From NCBI RefSeq assembly GCF_001194135.2, contig NC_069001.1, positions 10,043,030-10,107,029 on the forward strand: a stretch of DNA of 64,000 bases. Reading direction: 5' to 3'. This document shows, piece by piece, positions 39,132-53,365 of the stretch; position 1 is the stretch's first letter; each line of letters begins with the position of its first letter. Origin of the DNA: Octopus bimaculoides (lineage: Eukaryota). The position numbers were made by a program, and so were the translations under genes. Under the pieces are notes generated by a model. It was not told the DNA's origin, ran no database searches, and was given only the letters and a program-made list of their open reading frames with translations.

Positions 39132-39830
39132 TACACACATACATATATACTTACACAAACATATATTTATATTACTAGCTGTATATTTGTATAAATGGTA
39201 GATTGTATAAATTTATCAGCAACAAATTATATAATGCTGTCAATTAATGTTTTTTTTCAATGGCGTAAAATCCCAAATATGCATTCTCCATCTCTCCCTC
39301 TCACACCATATATATATATATTTATATATAAGTATGTATGTATGTATGTATGTATGTACGAGTGTGTGTGTGTGTGTGTGTATTTGTGAGTCTGCGTAAT
39401 TGTGTGTTGTGTGTGAATTGTGTAAGTGTACTTTTGTATATGCTAGATTAAAAGCCGCCGCTAAATATGATTTCTTAGATTAAGCCCATTGATGTGTCGT
39501 TACTATGTGCAGTAGTATCTCTAAGTGAGACGGCATTGTTGACAGGTTTTACTCACTGTATTATGTTTGCAGTCATTCACCTAAGAAATACAAAACTGCT
39601 TCTATTTTCAGAAGCAATGCAGATTAATAAAGTAATCTCCACAGTTTCAACGTTTTCACACAAATACCTGTTGTATTATGAATGTATGTTTTTGCGCAAG
39701 TATATATATATATATATGTTGACAATATGTATGGATATGGATATATATATATATATACACATAAATTTATATATATATATATATATATACACAAATTTAT
39801 ATACATATATATGCATATGTATATAAATAC

Positions 39831-39865
<35 letters not shown>

Positions 39866-39917
39866 TACATATTTACATAAATATATTTATATATGTAAAC
39901 ATACATACCCACGTATG

Positions 39918-39951
<34 letters not shown>

Positions 39952-40094
39952 CAATTTGAAAAACTTACACGACTAGGTGAAAAGCGCTTCATTTAATATG
40001 TGACATTAATAAAAATCTGTAAATGTACAAACATCCAGGTTTCTGAGCACCTTAATTTTATATATATATATATATATACACACGTATCTGTCCG

Positions 40095-40125
<31 letters not shown>

Positions 40126-40747
40126 NNNNNNNNNNNNNNNNNNNNNNNNNNNNNNNNNNNNNNNNNNNNNNNNNNNNNNNNNNNNNNNNNNNNNNNNNNN
40201 NNNNNNNNNNNNNNNNNNNNNNNNNNNNNNNNNNNNNNNNNNNNNNNNNNNNNNNNNNNNNNNNNNNNNNNNNNNNNNNNNNNNNNNNNNNNNNNNNNNN
40301 NNNNNNNNNNNNNNNNNNNNNNNNNNNNNNNNNNNNNNNNNNNNNNNNNNNNNNNNNNNNNNNNNNNNNNNNNNNNNNNNNNNNNNNNNNNNNNNNNNNN
40401 NNNTATATATATATATACATACATAGTGTATACAAATGGTCCAGTGGTGGTCTGCCCTTGGACAGATCCTGAGCATGTGGATAATTTTTTTCTTCTGAAA
40501 ATGCTAAATGCATTTAGAAATAGCTAGAGAGCGCTGCTTTTAGTATCAGTGATGAGTACCTAACAGATGTATGTTTAGAATAATTGAAAAGATGGTTGGT
40601 GTTCCCATTGTTGTGAGATCTCGTGATGCTGGCAGGTTAAACTGCAGAAACTAAGATGAAATTTATGGACTCATGAAAGAGAGAAATTTGTGTTCGCATC
40701 AGATTTTTGACTGCGTGTGAGAAAAGGATTTGTATGTGAAAAATATG

Positions 40748-40890
40748 CCCAGGAGAACCTACATCACACAAGAGAAAGCTAGAAGGCATGAACAGAAACC
40801 AATCAAGGATAGGAAAAAAATACTCCCAGCTGAACCTACATCACACAAGAGGAGGCTAGAAGGCCTGACCATAAACCAATCAAGGATAGG
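40748..40890. repeat. 77-bp tandem duplication
   Basis: CCCAG..GAACCTACATCACACAAGAG.A.GCTAGAAGGC.TGA.CA.AAACCAATCAAGGATAGG starts at 40748 and at 40825. Confidence 0.9.
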
Positions 40891-41139
40891 CAAATTTACT
40901 GCTATGCAGCATATACTTCGTATTATTTTAAAGTGAACCCTATCTGAGTCTGTTATTCAAAGAAGTTTTCGTGTTTATTAAGCAGGTCTCACTGGCGCGG
41001 AAAAAGCATTAAGGTCACGGAGCGAATGCATTTCAACATGGTTAGGTAACATCAATATGGTTGACATGCTACTGAATATAATATCAATGTGGCAGAATGG
41101 ATGTGTACATACATATACACATATGTGTGTGTCTGTCTG

Positions 41140-41171
<32 letters not shown>

Positions 41172-41384
41172 CATACATATATATATATGTATATATATAT
41201 ATAACAGAGAGAGAGGAGGAGAGTGAGATATTTGCTTGACATTCTGAGGTCGATACAATATGTATCGGATTGGATATCATCGACCACAACCACAAGGCGG
41301 TTCTTACGCATGATAACACACCGATGACTGTATGTCGAGCATTTGTAAATATTTACCCACGATGAGATAGATATAAATATTGCT

Positions 41385-41640
41385 CTTTGATAATATAAAT
41401 ATAAATATGCGTGTTATATAATGTAAATACAAATATTGGTCCGTGATAATATCAAAATATTGGTCTCCAAAGTTATAAATATAAAAATTGGTCTCTTGAA
41501 ATATAAATAAAATCTATTGGCCTCTGCCGATATATATATAAATACAAATATTGATCTCCAAATTTATAAATATAAATAATGGTCTCTGGAAATATAAATA
41601 AAATCATTCGCCTTTGCGTATATAGATATCGATATTGATA
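41385..41640. repeat. AT-rich ~30-bp minisatellite with a 91-bp higher-order duplication
   Basis: Monomer is approximately AAATATTGGTCTC..ATATAAATA. Blocks starting at 41455 and 41546 align over three monomers. Confidence 0.8.
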
Positions 41641-41869
41641 TCTGAAAAACTATTGCTAGCATACTTGGCTCTGAAATTTCCATTTATCTACTACTAAAAA
41701 TACGCAACAAAATATTGAGCACGTATATATGTTTTTAAGAAATTTTTTTTTTTTCAATTTAGTTTTTTGTTTGATTGTTTGACTCCCTTACTTTTCAACG
41801 AATTGGAAGTTAATGGGAAGTTAAATGATTTCATTTGGAGACGAAGCTGTCTTGTGTATAGGCATTAAG

Positions 41870-41949
41870 GAAAGGTAGCGTAAGCAAACCAACACCGGTT
41901 GTCAAGCGGTGATAAGACAAATACTGACACAGACACGCGCGCGCACACG

Positions 41950-42003
<54 letters not shown>
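41870..42003 (-). mobile_element. SINE group B tail-half fragment running into (CA)n and a gap
   Basis: CCAACACCGGTTGTCAAGCGGTG..GACAAA..ACACAGACAC followed by (CA)n. Confidence 0.7.
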
Positions 42004-42320
42004 NNNNNNNNNNNNNNNNNNNNNNNNNNNNNNNNNNNNNNNNNNNNNNNNNNNNNNNNNNNNNNNNNNNNNNNNNNNNNNNNNNNNNNNNNNNNNNNNN
42101 NNNNNNNNNNNNNNNNNNNNNNNNNNNNNNNNNNNNNNNNNNNNNNNNNNNNNNNNNNNNNNNNNNNNNNNNNNNNNNNNNNNNNNNNNNNNNNNNNNNN
42201 NNNNNNNNNNNNNNNNNNNNNNNNNNNNNNNNNNNNNNNNNNNNNNNNNNNNNNNNNNNNNNNNNNNNNNNNNNNNNNNNNNNNNNNNNNNNNNNNNNNN
42301 NNNNNNNNNNNNNNNNNNNN

Positions 42321-42383
<63 letters not shown>

Positions 42384-42384
42384 T

Positions 42385-42535
42385 ACATTTTTACGCTCTG
42401 GGTTCAAATGCCGGCTAGGTCGACTTTTAATCATTTCGGGGTCGATGAATTAAATACCAGTTGAGAACTGAGGTCAATGTAATCAAGTTACCACCACCCT
42501 CGATATCGCTAGCCTTGTGCCAAAATTTGAAACGA
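42385..42535 (+). mobile_element. SINE group A, 5'-truncated
   Basis: TACGCTCTGGGTTCAAATGCCG..GGTCGACTTT..GGGGTCGATGAATTAAATACCAGTTG..GCCTTGTGCCAAAATTTGAAAC. Confidence 0.75.
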
Positions 42536-44565
42536 ATATATTACCTTTACATCGAATGCTCTTCCAGGCCAGGTAAAACTGGGCACTGGAGTACTATTGA
42601 TTCCGACACTAGAAGTACCGGTTGTGAATCGAGACATCGAATATTAGCGTATATTACCATGAAGATATTTAGGAATATTTAAAAGTTATCATTATTCCTT
42701 ATCTTAATTCAACCGTGGTTTAAAATGAATGACATATATCATTGAAAAATTGACATTTCATACAATCGTAAGTTAATTATAATAATTATCAGCCAAATAT
42801 TATGGAAATGTTAGAGTATAGGAAAGGATTCATGCAATTATAGGTTTGAAACCGATATTAATGCTTAAGAAACTACGAATTCGAGGTTGAATAATAATTC
42901 TGTGCTCAGCGCCAACAATTATATGGTGTGCTCACTTATTGTATATCCATTGACTTCATTTCTCATACTACGCAGAAAGAGTTATTGAATAATATCGGCT
43001 ACTGAAGTTAGTCGACTACGAAAGAAAGCACACACACATACACACGCATACTTATCTATTTATCTGGCACAAATATCATCGTATAACACACTTAAAAAGT
43101 AATAGCAAAATGAAGTGAACCAATGTTATAAATATATATAGCTTTATATTCCGACGAAGTGGCTTCTGTGCAGTTAACCATTCGGTCTGCTAGACATAGC
43201 TGCTGTCAAATGTCTTCGTAAAAGCGGACCTTGCAGATTTGAAAGACAAAACATACATGATAATGTAGTCCTAGCGACACTGTCCGTAGAAGATGAGACG
43301 GCTACGACTTGAATGCATTGCTCTCAGCTCTGCTACATTAGGCCGGATTGGAAACTAAAAATGTAAACAGATAAATAATTTATCTATAATCTAGGTATGA
43401 ATTAAACTAAACACACACACACACACACACATGCACACACGTAAACATGCTATCTATCTATCTATATCTATTCATCTGCCTTTCTGTCTGCCAGTCTGTC
43501 TATACAATATATTTACATANNNNNNNNNNNNNNNNNNNNNNNNNNNNNNNNNNNNNNNNNNNNNNNNNNNNNNNNNNNNNNNNNNNNNNNNNNNNNNNNN
43601 NNNNNNNNNNNNNATACACACATACATATATTCCCATACATATGTTTCTGTGTGTGTGTTCGTGTCTGCTTGTGTATAAATATGTACGCATTAGACACAC
43701 ACATACGCAGATACTTACCTATTCTTAGATTATAGGTATGCAATTATTATGAAATATTTTACACGTTATGCTTCATTAAATAACGATATGAAATGACATT
43801 CTTTCTCAATATAAAACACAGTAAGCAACATTTTATAAACACTGGTTCCTTTTTTACATACTCTTCAGTTTTGTTGTTATATAATTTGTCAGAAGTTACG
43901 CTTTTTATATATATTTAGATATATATTTAGATATTTTGTTTAAGTTTTATTTCTTCTGCAGATCATAAATTGAATTATCTTAATATTGTATAACAGCTTG
44001 CAGTTGTGCCAGAAATTTAGTATTGGAAATCAAATTAAAACACTTATTTGTAAAATTCTTCACTAGAAGAGAAAACGATTGAAGATAAATGTGAGAGAGA
44101 TTCTAAAAGGAGAATTCTTCACGTTAGTTGTCCTGGATTATCATTCAATATGATATATATGATATCGCGGCTACACAATAGAAGAAACAATATTCAAACA
44201 CAGTCACCTATATAAATATATATATATGTGTATATATATATAATGGATATACACACACACACATACGAACACATACACACAAATACTCGCACACAAACAA
44301 CATACACCACATACAAACATGCGCATGCGTATATGTACAAATTCTAAATATGTGCACTCGAATGCATAGACTGTCTTCTACTTATACAGACGCGTGTATA
44401 TAATCGCATATTGTGTATACACACACAGGTACAACAATGTTATCGGACACGTGAGAATATACACACCTACACATCCATTCTCTTATGGACGCACACACAC
44501 AAACATTGACAATTACAATCACATATATGAATATAGAAGACAAATAGATGGAAGTTTTGAAAGTG

Positions 44566-44621
<56 letters not shown>

Positions 44622-45315
44622 CAATATTCTGTGTGCGTACAATCATATATATATATATATATATTGCAATTAGATGTATGTATACAGTAAAATGCAGGTG
44701 TATGTATCTGTGCATATTTCTGCATTCACATCAACTTTTGCAACTGTGCGCATTATGAACGTTGTGCCTTTGAATCTGTGTACGTGCGTTGGCTTAAAGA
44801 GACAAACTTCTGGAAGTTATCAGGAAGTAAGAAAGGAAAAAAATATAAAAAATAAAAAAAAAATTATGCGGATTTTTAAATCAAATTAAAGCTGGTATCT
44901 CCAAGAATGTCAAGGAACTATTTTCACACCTATTTTCGACGTGATGAAATAATAAAACATAAAGACATTATACTCTGGAGCTATTTAAGCATCATTTACT
45001 TCAACCAATACAATTGATTGATATGAAATAAAAAAATTTAAAAGTGTTGCACAATATATTTATTATTGTTATTTTATTCAATAAAATATAAACTGCCCTT
45101 TTCAGAATAACAATTTTACACATCTATACATACATCGTACGTAATCTTTATAAATTTACACACACATAATCACATACACACATACGCACACTCACGCACG
45201 CACAGACACACATATATACATACACACATATAAATACATGTACACACAAACATGCACACACATACGTATATATAAACATATAGATAGATAGATAGATAAT
45301 CAGATAGATGGATAT

Positions 45316-45358
<43 letters not shown>

Positions 45359-45735
45359 TGCAAGCATTTGTAGAGTAGCTTATGCGCAAGTTGAAAGTTA
45401 AAGCCTAAGGACTATGACATTTTGCTATCTTCTGTGAATCTAAAACGTTAGAAAATTATAGGTCAAAAACGGTAAGATTTTTTGGGCCTGGAGCTAGGAA
45501 TTCGAAAATAAATACAGATGCCCGTACACACATTCTTGCATAGATAAATTCATAAATGTGTGTGTATGTGTGTGTGTATACACATAAAAGACTAAGAAAT
45601 GTAATGGTACAGATTGAATGCTATATTCGGAATTCTATAGTCAAAATACAAATAGTCGAATCACTTGTTATAGCATTTTGTCTGTAAATGTATGTACACG
45701 CCAATTGATAAATATATGCATGCACATATATGTAA

Positions 45736-45777
<42 letters not shown>

Positions 45778-46287
45778 ATATACATATACACACACATGTA
45801 TATACATATATTATTTTGCGAAGGTTTGTGCCGAAGCGCATACACAGATATGTAAGTATATGTATACAAACATACGTATATGTATGCACATACATATGTA
45901 CAATTTTTACTCGGGAGTATGCTTATATTACTCAGACGATTACAGTTAGAATATCAATTCTGTTGACTCTTGAATTTATCTTATGATTCTGCTCATTAAA
46001 GTACGTGCTTATATCTTCTTAATCTGCATCGCAATCGATCACTAACCTCTTGATTTTTCGATCTGCACTTTTCTCCCTTTTTTTGGGCTAAATCAAAACG
46101 TCCTTTTTTTTTCTGTTTGAGCTGAGCAACAACACCGTGTTTTTCCTTCAATACATAATTAAGTATACGAGAAGAGCTGGGAGTAATTAGCTGAGAAACA
46201 CACAATAATGATACATTGTCTCACAGAAAGAATTAATTACGACATATACTTGGAATCTGCTATTAACTTCATTTATCTGACTAAGTC

Positions 46288-46553
46288 GTCAGACAAATGA
46301 CGGACAATTTTTATTTAGAATACAAAATTTTTCGGCAATGCAGAGATTATATTTTTTTGTGCAGACAAATTTGCTTTTCTCTGTTCTTTGATCGAGCATC
46401 ACAAAGAAACAATAATTCGAGATATATACAAGTCATCTGTCCTTAGCGTCATTTCTCTTCAAAAACTGTCCGACAAATTCGGCAAAATTTTATTTAGAAT
46501 ACAAAACTTCTACAAATGCAGAGATTAGATTTCTTTGTGAATACAAATTTATT
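46288..46553. repeat. ~90-bp imperfect direct repeat with a 179-bp period
   Basis: TTATTTAGAATACAAAA..AATGCAGAGATTA.ATTT.TTTGTG...ACAAATTT occurs at 46311 and at 46490. Confidence 0.85.
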
Positions 46554-46935
46554 TGTCTTTACTGTTTGATTGACTTATATATCTATAACGCCCACCTTTT
46601 TTCACCTTCTTAATTTCGCGTCCATATAGTCTGGGTACATGGGGATTAACACATACTTTAAGAAATTATTATTATGATTTTATTTACTCCTTGTACCCAG
46701 ACCTTGTGGACACATATCTATACGGAATTATCGCATTCAACCTTTCTTTGTTTCTTGGTAATTTAACTTACTGATGCATGAAATTGAACTCAAAATATCT
46801 GTTTTACGTAATTCTTTTATTCTTGCTAGCGTTATGTTTTAATTCAGTTTAGTACAGACACACATTCTCCTCTTTAAATATATAGATGTGCGTGCGTGTG
46901 TACGGGTGTGTGTAAATGCATACAAATCTCGCTCA

Positions 46936-46983
<48 letters not shown>

Positions 46984-48025
46984 TTGTGTGCATATACTTA
47001 TATATAGAAATGTATATATGTATGTATGTATTTATATGAGCGTGTGTACGTTTGCGTAAGTCTGTGCATGTAATTATTAATATGTATATATTTATTATTC
47101 ACTGCGCCTCCCTACCGCTACACACACACACATGCATGCATGCATACATGCATATATATATATATACATATTATACATATGTAGAGGCACGTGCACCGGT
47201 GTGTCAGCACACGTGCACGCATGTGCGTTGAACTGTGTGATTGTATTAATATGTAAGAGCTTGTGTATGTTTGCACGTCTGCGCTGAGTGCGCCCGAGTG
47301 CGTGTGCGTATGTGTCTATGTATGTGTTTGTGTGTTTGTGCGTGTGTGTCACCCGTTTACAGTATCGTATGTGAGACAAATTGATCCTGTAAGAGACTAG
47401 TAGACTTAGCCGGATATATGTAATATGATGTAAATATATCTGCAAACTAAACACTGAGATCGATGTACAACTAACGTATCTTTTTTTTTTTTACCATATC
47501 TTAATGCTTTATATATGTAAGTCCTTCTTTGGCCCTTCAGCCATTCTATCATATATCGTCTGTACTTATTCAAACAACAAGACTATTAAAAAAAAATAGA
47601 AAAAAAAAACATACAGCCTGAGAAGTACGGATCATGTGTCATAGAGAACGAAACCAAAGCATGCAGATAGATGAGACGGAACGAAAGGTGACAGTGCGTA
47701 AACAGAATTCGAGTTATCCGCCCCTTACTTCCCTCAACATTTCTGTCATTAGTAGGCTGGCAGGAACTATAAGGTTTCAATCTTCCCTCCGGCAGAATAA
47801 ATGTTATAAACTTACTATGCATCATTATTTGCATTATTGGTAAATCCGTGGTGTTGGAGAAGTGCTGTGTTCGAATAATGAGAGCAGAAAAGTAATATTT
47901 ATATCCGAAGAAAGCGAGACAGCTGCAGATTTCTTGTGAAGCGCTACACTGTGGTTCGATTGTCTCCGTCTTAGACCGGTACATGCTCGAAAGTGAGGGA
48001 GACTCGAACCCACGAAACCAGTGGA

Positions 48026-48390
48026 GTTTCAACTCAGAATATAGAGTCGGACGAAATGACGCTAAGCCTATGGACCGGCGTGCTAACCATTCTTCCAGCT
48101 CACTGTCCCCAAATAGCGAGGCCCAAGGTCAGTACTTGCCTGGTAATTTATTTATCGACCCCGAAAGGATGAAAGGTGAAGTCGACTTCGGCAAAATTTG
48201 ATCTCAGAACGTAAATGCGGACTAAATGGCGCTAATCATTGTGCCTGGCGTTCTAACGATTCTACCAGTTCGCCGCCTTTAATGATAATCCTTTCTACTA
48301 TATTTTTGAAAATCTATGGGAGGGGACCGGACCGGACGATTACATAGTCCCCAGTGTTTCACTGCTACTTAATTTATCGACCCCGAAAAT
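48026..48390 (-). mobile_element. Three tandem SINE group A copies or fragments
   Basis: Reverse-complemented head/core at ~48026-48100 and ~48135-48280 (TTTATCGACCCCGAAAGGATGAAAGG..GTCGAC..CTCAGAACGTAAA..CGCCGCCTT), and tail/core at ~48290-48390. Confidence 0.8.
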
Positions 48391-50316
48391 AATCCCCTGT
48401 TATCCTATTCCAATGCGTAAGAACTATAAATCGAAGTTATAGTCTGCAGTAACTGGAAATTTCATATTAGGTAGAAGAGACAGTTTCTTGTCCTTTTATA
48501 GTTAAAATTATTTTAACGCCTGCATATTCTAAAGAACTTCCTTTTCTTTGTCATAGATCTTTGATGCCAAGGTTTTACATGCAGTTTTCTGAAACTTTCA
48601 ATGGGATGTTCCACAAATGTTCGTTCACATCCTGTACGAGTATAACCTCCATACTTCCGTAGTATTCCATATTTTAGATCTTCTAGACGATCTACCGAGT
48701 AAAATATACAGTGTTTTGCCTATAAATGTCATATCTTTAGATTGAGGTATTAATTAAGTGTTAGCCACCTATTCGATATTAATTCCAATGTGTTTACATG
48801 TGCATCCTTTTCGAGCATCACATAATTTGTTGTGATTTCCTGCTTTAGATTATAAAACTCTTTGCATAGTAAAGCGTGCCAATACACCGGTTGTCTGTCT
48901 ATGTCATTTTCTAGTTCATTCATATTATTGTAGCAGTGGACATTTCTGGACACATGCAGTAATGTCTCCCCGTTGATAAACAAAAAAATTCTTTTAAACA
49001 GAGAAACATTTCACTATTTCTCTGTTCCGTTCAACATATTTAATTTCCACGGCTTTGCATCCCTGGCCATCAGTAAACGAATTCCCTACAAGTGGCTATT
49101 GTCCAACCCTTATGATGCTATTTACGCATTTCTCTCTGTCTGTGTATATTTTTTCAGACATTCGTTTACGTTCTATTATTCTATGCTTATTCAAGGAACT
49201 TCTGTACCACCCCTAGTCAAGTTAAAATATGCAATAAATAAATTGAGCATTAATCATGTCGATGAGAAATAATAAGGTCAAACATGCTGAGAGTTGTGAC
49301 ATTATTACGACCATTTCTTTCTCAATGTATTCCAATTTTTAAATCAATTTTAATTTAAATTACATTGCCATCTGCTTTTCTTTTTCTCCTGTCAAAGATT
49401 AATTATTCGTTTCGTAAAACGAATTTTTCTCATCACTATTGTATGAAATTTTAATTAATCAATAATCACTTTCTACATTTAATATGTAAGCTTTAGCATT
49501 ACTACATGTTTTCTAAGCAGCAGGCGTCTCCAGGTATTTTTCTCCAGTCTTTCTGAAATATGTCTATGAGTTGGTCTCCTTGACAGTTTTGGAATTCACT
49601 GTGAATAGAAAGTTAATAAGAAACAATTACACTGTATGTTCACTAACGAGATTCTATTAATAATCTTTGAGGTGAAAGCCAAATTGCACCTATTGAATAC
49701 AATTTTTTTCCTTTATAATCTCTCTACTTTTCTTGTATAAATTCCCAGGATTATATAATAATGATCATCTATACATCTTTATTTTTATCTGCTGGTGGCA
49801 TCAGAAGAGAAGTGAAATGAATAAAAAAAAATTACAAAATATGTATGCGATATATTTTGTTTTGTGTTCTTAGTTTCTTTGCTTAGTGATGTGACACATG
49901 CGCAGTCGGTACTGTTGTGAAGCTGAGAGGAGGAGAACTATGATCTGAATGTTAGTGATCTGGCAGACAATGTAGGTGGATCTTAGATCATATTTAACAA
50001 TATATGTTTCTTCCTCTTCGAAGGTCGTGCCCTGAGGGTCAGCTGGCTGCGATTTTAGGAGGTCCAACGAAACTGTACAATAATTAACATTTTCCGCAAT
50101 GTAACATTGCGTCTTTATTAATGATATAATAATGTGACACAGAACTTAATATTATGTATATGCTTGTGCGCACGTTTGTGTCTGTGTGTGAAAACGTGTA
50201 CGCGCATACACACACGCGCGCATATAGAATGATCTAATTAAATAATTCTAAATGACTTGAGATACTTGTTTGACTTTTCCCCTAATATAATATAATATAA
50301 TAATAATAATAATAAT

Positions 50317-50351
<35 letters not shown>

Positions 50352-50872
50352 ACGTATGGTATAATTATAAACAGGGCAAATTTTAGCCATTTCTCCGCAC
50401 ACAGAAAACAAATGAACAACCTTAATAGATTTTCGGAGCTTATTGTGTTCCTATCGGAGGGGTTCATATAAAATAATGTACAAACAATTTACGTATTTAT
50501 ACANNNNNNNNNNNNNNNNNNNNNNNNNNNNNNNNNNNNNNNNNNNNNNNNNNNNNNNNNNNNNNNNNNNNNNNNNNNNNNNNNNNNNNNNNNNNNNNNN
50601 NNNNNNNNNNNNNNNNNNNNNNNNNNNNNNNNNNNNNNNNNNNNNNNNNNNNNNNNNNNNNNNNNNNNNNNNNNNNNNNNNNNNNNNNNNNNNNNNNNNN
50701 NNNNNNNNNNNNNNNNNNNNNNNNNNNNNNNNNNNNNNNNNNNNNNNNNNNNNNNNNNNNNNNNNNNNNNNNNNNNNNNNNNNNNNNNNNNNNNNNNNNN
50801 NNNNNNNNNNNNNNNNNNNNNNNNNNNNNNNNNNNNNNNNNNNNNNNNNNNNNNNNNNNNNNNNNNNNNNNN

Positions 50873-50915
<43 letters not shown>

Positions 50916-51095
50916 CCATATATACACATACGTACTCCCTTCCACAACCCTGCTGACCTTGTGCTAAAACTTGAAACAAATGTAGTCTATCTTGGAATAA
51001 CTTTGTTGTGGATTTGCTTCATTTCAGCAAAAGATGGAATGGTTACGTTTGAAATGTCACGTACGTAAATCTATATCTAGATTATATTTATACTA

Positions 51096-51379
51096 CCACT
51101 GTCGGTTACGACGCCAAGGGTTCCAGTTGATCCAATCAACGGAACAACCTACTCGTGAAACTGACGTGTATATGGCTGAGCACACCGCAGACAGGCGTAC
51201 TTTTAACGTAGTTTTCAGGGGTGTTCAGCGTGGTGCAGAGTGTCACAAGGCTGGCCTTTTGAAATACAGACACAACTCATTTTCGCCAGGTGAGTGTACT
51301 AGAACAGAACGCGTCGCCGGTTATTGAACTCACGATTTTACGATCGTGAGCCAAATAACTTAGCGACTGAGCCACGCTT
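51096..51379 (-). mobile_element. SINE group D with tail type 2, core partly deleted
   Basis: GTCGGTTACGACG..GGGTTCCAGTTGATCCAATCAACGGAACA.CCT.CTCGTGAAA..GGCTGAGCAC..TGTCACAAGGCTGGCC..TGAAATACAG..CACTGAGCCACGC-like head. Confidence 0.8.
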
Positions 51380-51774
51380 GGTTTGATCTAGTATTAAACA
51401 ACACCAGCAACAATCTAAACACTGGTCGCAATCCACTAACGAATCAGACGACATCATCGTATAAGCATCCAAAGAACTGACATTACACACTTAAAAAAAA
51501 AAAGCAAACATTCATTTTTATGATGGCAGCTGTCACATAGACCGAAGGCAAGCAACAACATGTTTTTATAATTGCTTTAACTTATAGAGATGTGAATGGT
51601 GCATATTTTAATGGTAATATGCAACAAGATGCTGTCACGGGTCATTGATTACAATTAATGGTGGGCAGAATACTGTTGATATTATAGATTTTCACGCTAC
51701 ACCTCATTTCTGCAGAGATAATGATGCAGGATCATTTGTTTGCTACGCGTGTCTCTCTCTCTATATAAACATGC

Positions 51775-51814
<40 letters not shown>

Positions 51815-52379
51815 CACATATATATATATGTATGAATATGTGTGTGTATGTATGTGTGTGTGTGGGTGTGCGAGTGTGTGTATCATCTTTGTTCTTTAAT
51901 CTGGTTATTGTTTATATTGGAGGTGTTATTGTCATGTGTTCTGCTCTGTGTCATCCTAAAATACTGTTGACATAGTTTAGGTTATCGATGCAACAGCTTA
52001 CATGGATATATGTATGTGTGTGTATGTATACACACACACTCATATAGATGGGTATTTAAAGATGGATACATATATATATATATATATATATATGTGTGTA
52101 CATATATATATATTCAATCATGCATACATACATATATGCATACAAACATATATATATATATATATATATATATAAATTCTATAATTATAAGCATAATTAT
52201 AATTACGGTTCAGCAGAATTGCTTCACCACATAGCGAAATTTTGAAATAGCAGTTAAATACTATTCCACTAACATAAGATATCTCTCAGACAGCAACACT
52301 CCCAACTCACACAGGCAAAGAGAAAAAAATAAGGAATCCACCCGGCTTTGATCAACTATGTACGCGTTTCTGGATTAAA

Positions 52380-52870
52380 GAGAATGCATGCTCATCGTTG
52401 TTCTTTTCTTTTTTTTTTTCGACATGTGTGCTATTGCGAATCGAGATTTAGTTCCCCAGGGCCAAACTATCAACCGAGAGTTTACTGCAACGTTTAGAAG
52501 CGCTTGAGGGAGGAAATTCGGCGAAAGCGTCCGCATCTAAGGAACGCGAAAAAATGGATTCTTCACGACAACAAGGAACACTGTCAACCAAGTTCTCCTC
52601 ATTCCCGAGTTTCTCGCTCAAAACAATTTTGTTTCACTTCTGCGGTTGCGCAGTTCACCAGATTTAGCACATGTTGACTTCCAACTCTACCCCATAATGA
52701 AAATACAGCTCGGAAGATGTCGTTCTAACATCGTTGTCGAGATCAAGAGCGAATCGCAGAAGGTTCTCGACTCAATTACGGAAAATGACTGCCAGGTCGG
52801 ATTCCAAAAGTGACAGTAATACTGGGATCGGTTTATTGCTGCTCAAAGTGACTATTTCGAAGGAAATGAT
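52380..52870 (+). mobile_element. Decayed mariner transposase catalytic/C-terminal region, same family as 3140-3870
   Basis: EFLAQNNFVSLLRLRSSPDLAHVDFQLYPIMKIQLGRCRSNIVVEIKSESQKVLDSITENDCQVGFQK*Q*YWDRFIAAQSDYFEGND. DNA shared with 3780-3845 (CTCCTCATT..GAGTTTCTCGC..CCAGATTTAGCAC). Confidence 0.85.
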
Positions 52871-53135
52871 GTTAAAATTTCGGCAAATAGTCTGGGAACT
52901 TATATATACATATATATATTGTGACACTTATGATAATTCGCTGCTTTCTCCTAAGAACGTCTTTACCTGCCTCCATCCCTCAGTTATCTTCTTCATATCC
53001 GTCGACAATACAGCAATATATCTATCTATATAATCTGTATTTTCTTATGTATTTCGTGTGAACATAATATATGTATTATGTGTGAGTGTGTGTGTCTCTA
53101 TAAGGAAAGAATACTGAATATGCACGCACACATTG

Positions 53136-53173
<38 letters not shown>

Positions 53174-53318
53174 TAATATATATATATATATGAATATAAA
53201 TATATATATGTATATAAATATATATATGTATATATATGCATGAATGTATATAAGTATATATCTATATACATATATACATATACATGCATATATATTTAAA
53301 CACATACATATAAATATA

Positions 53319-53365
<47 letters not shown>

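Noticed and set aside
40748-46553. Direct repeats read as a CRISPR-like repeat-spacer array
   Set aside because: Only two or three imperfect units per locus, wrong sizes, eukaryotic context and no cas-like ORFs.
47586-48032. 148-aa minus-strand ORF
   Set aside because: TTG-type start, begins at the edge of a SINE fragment, ends in a poly-T tract, and has no recognisable domain.
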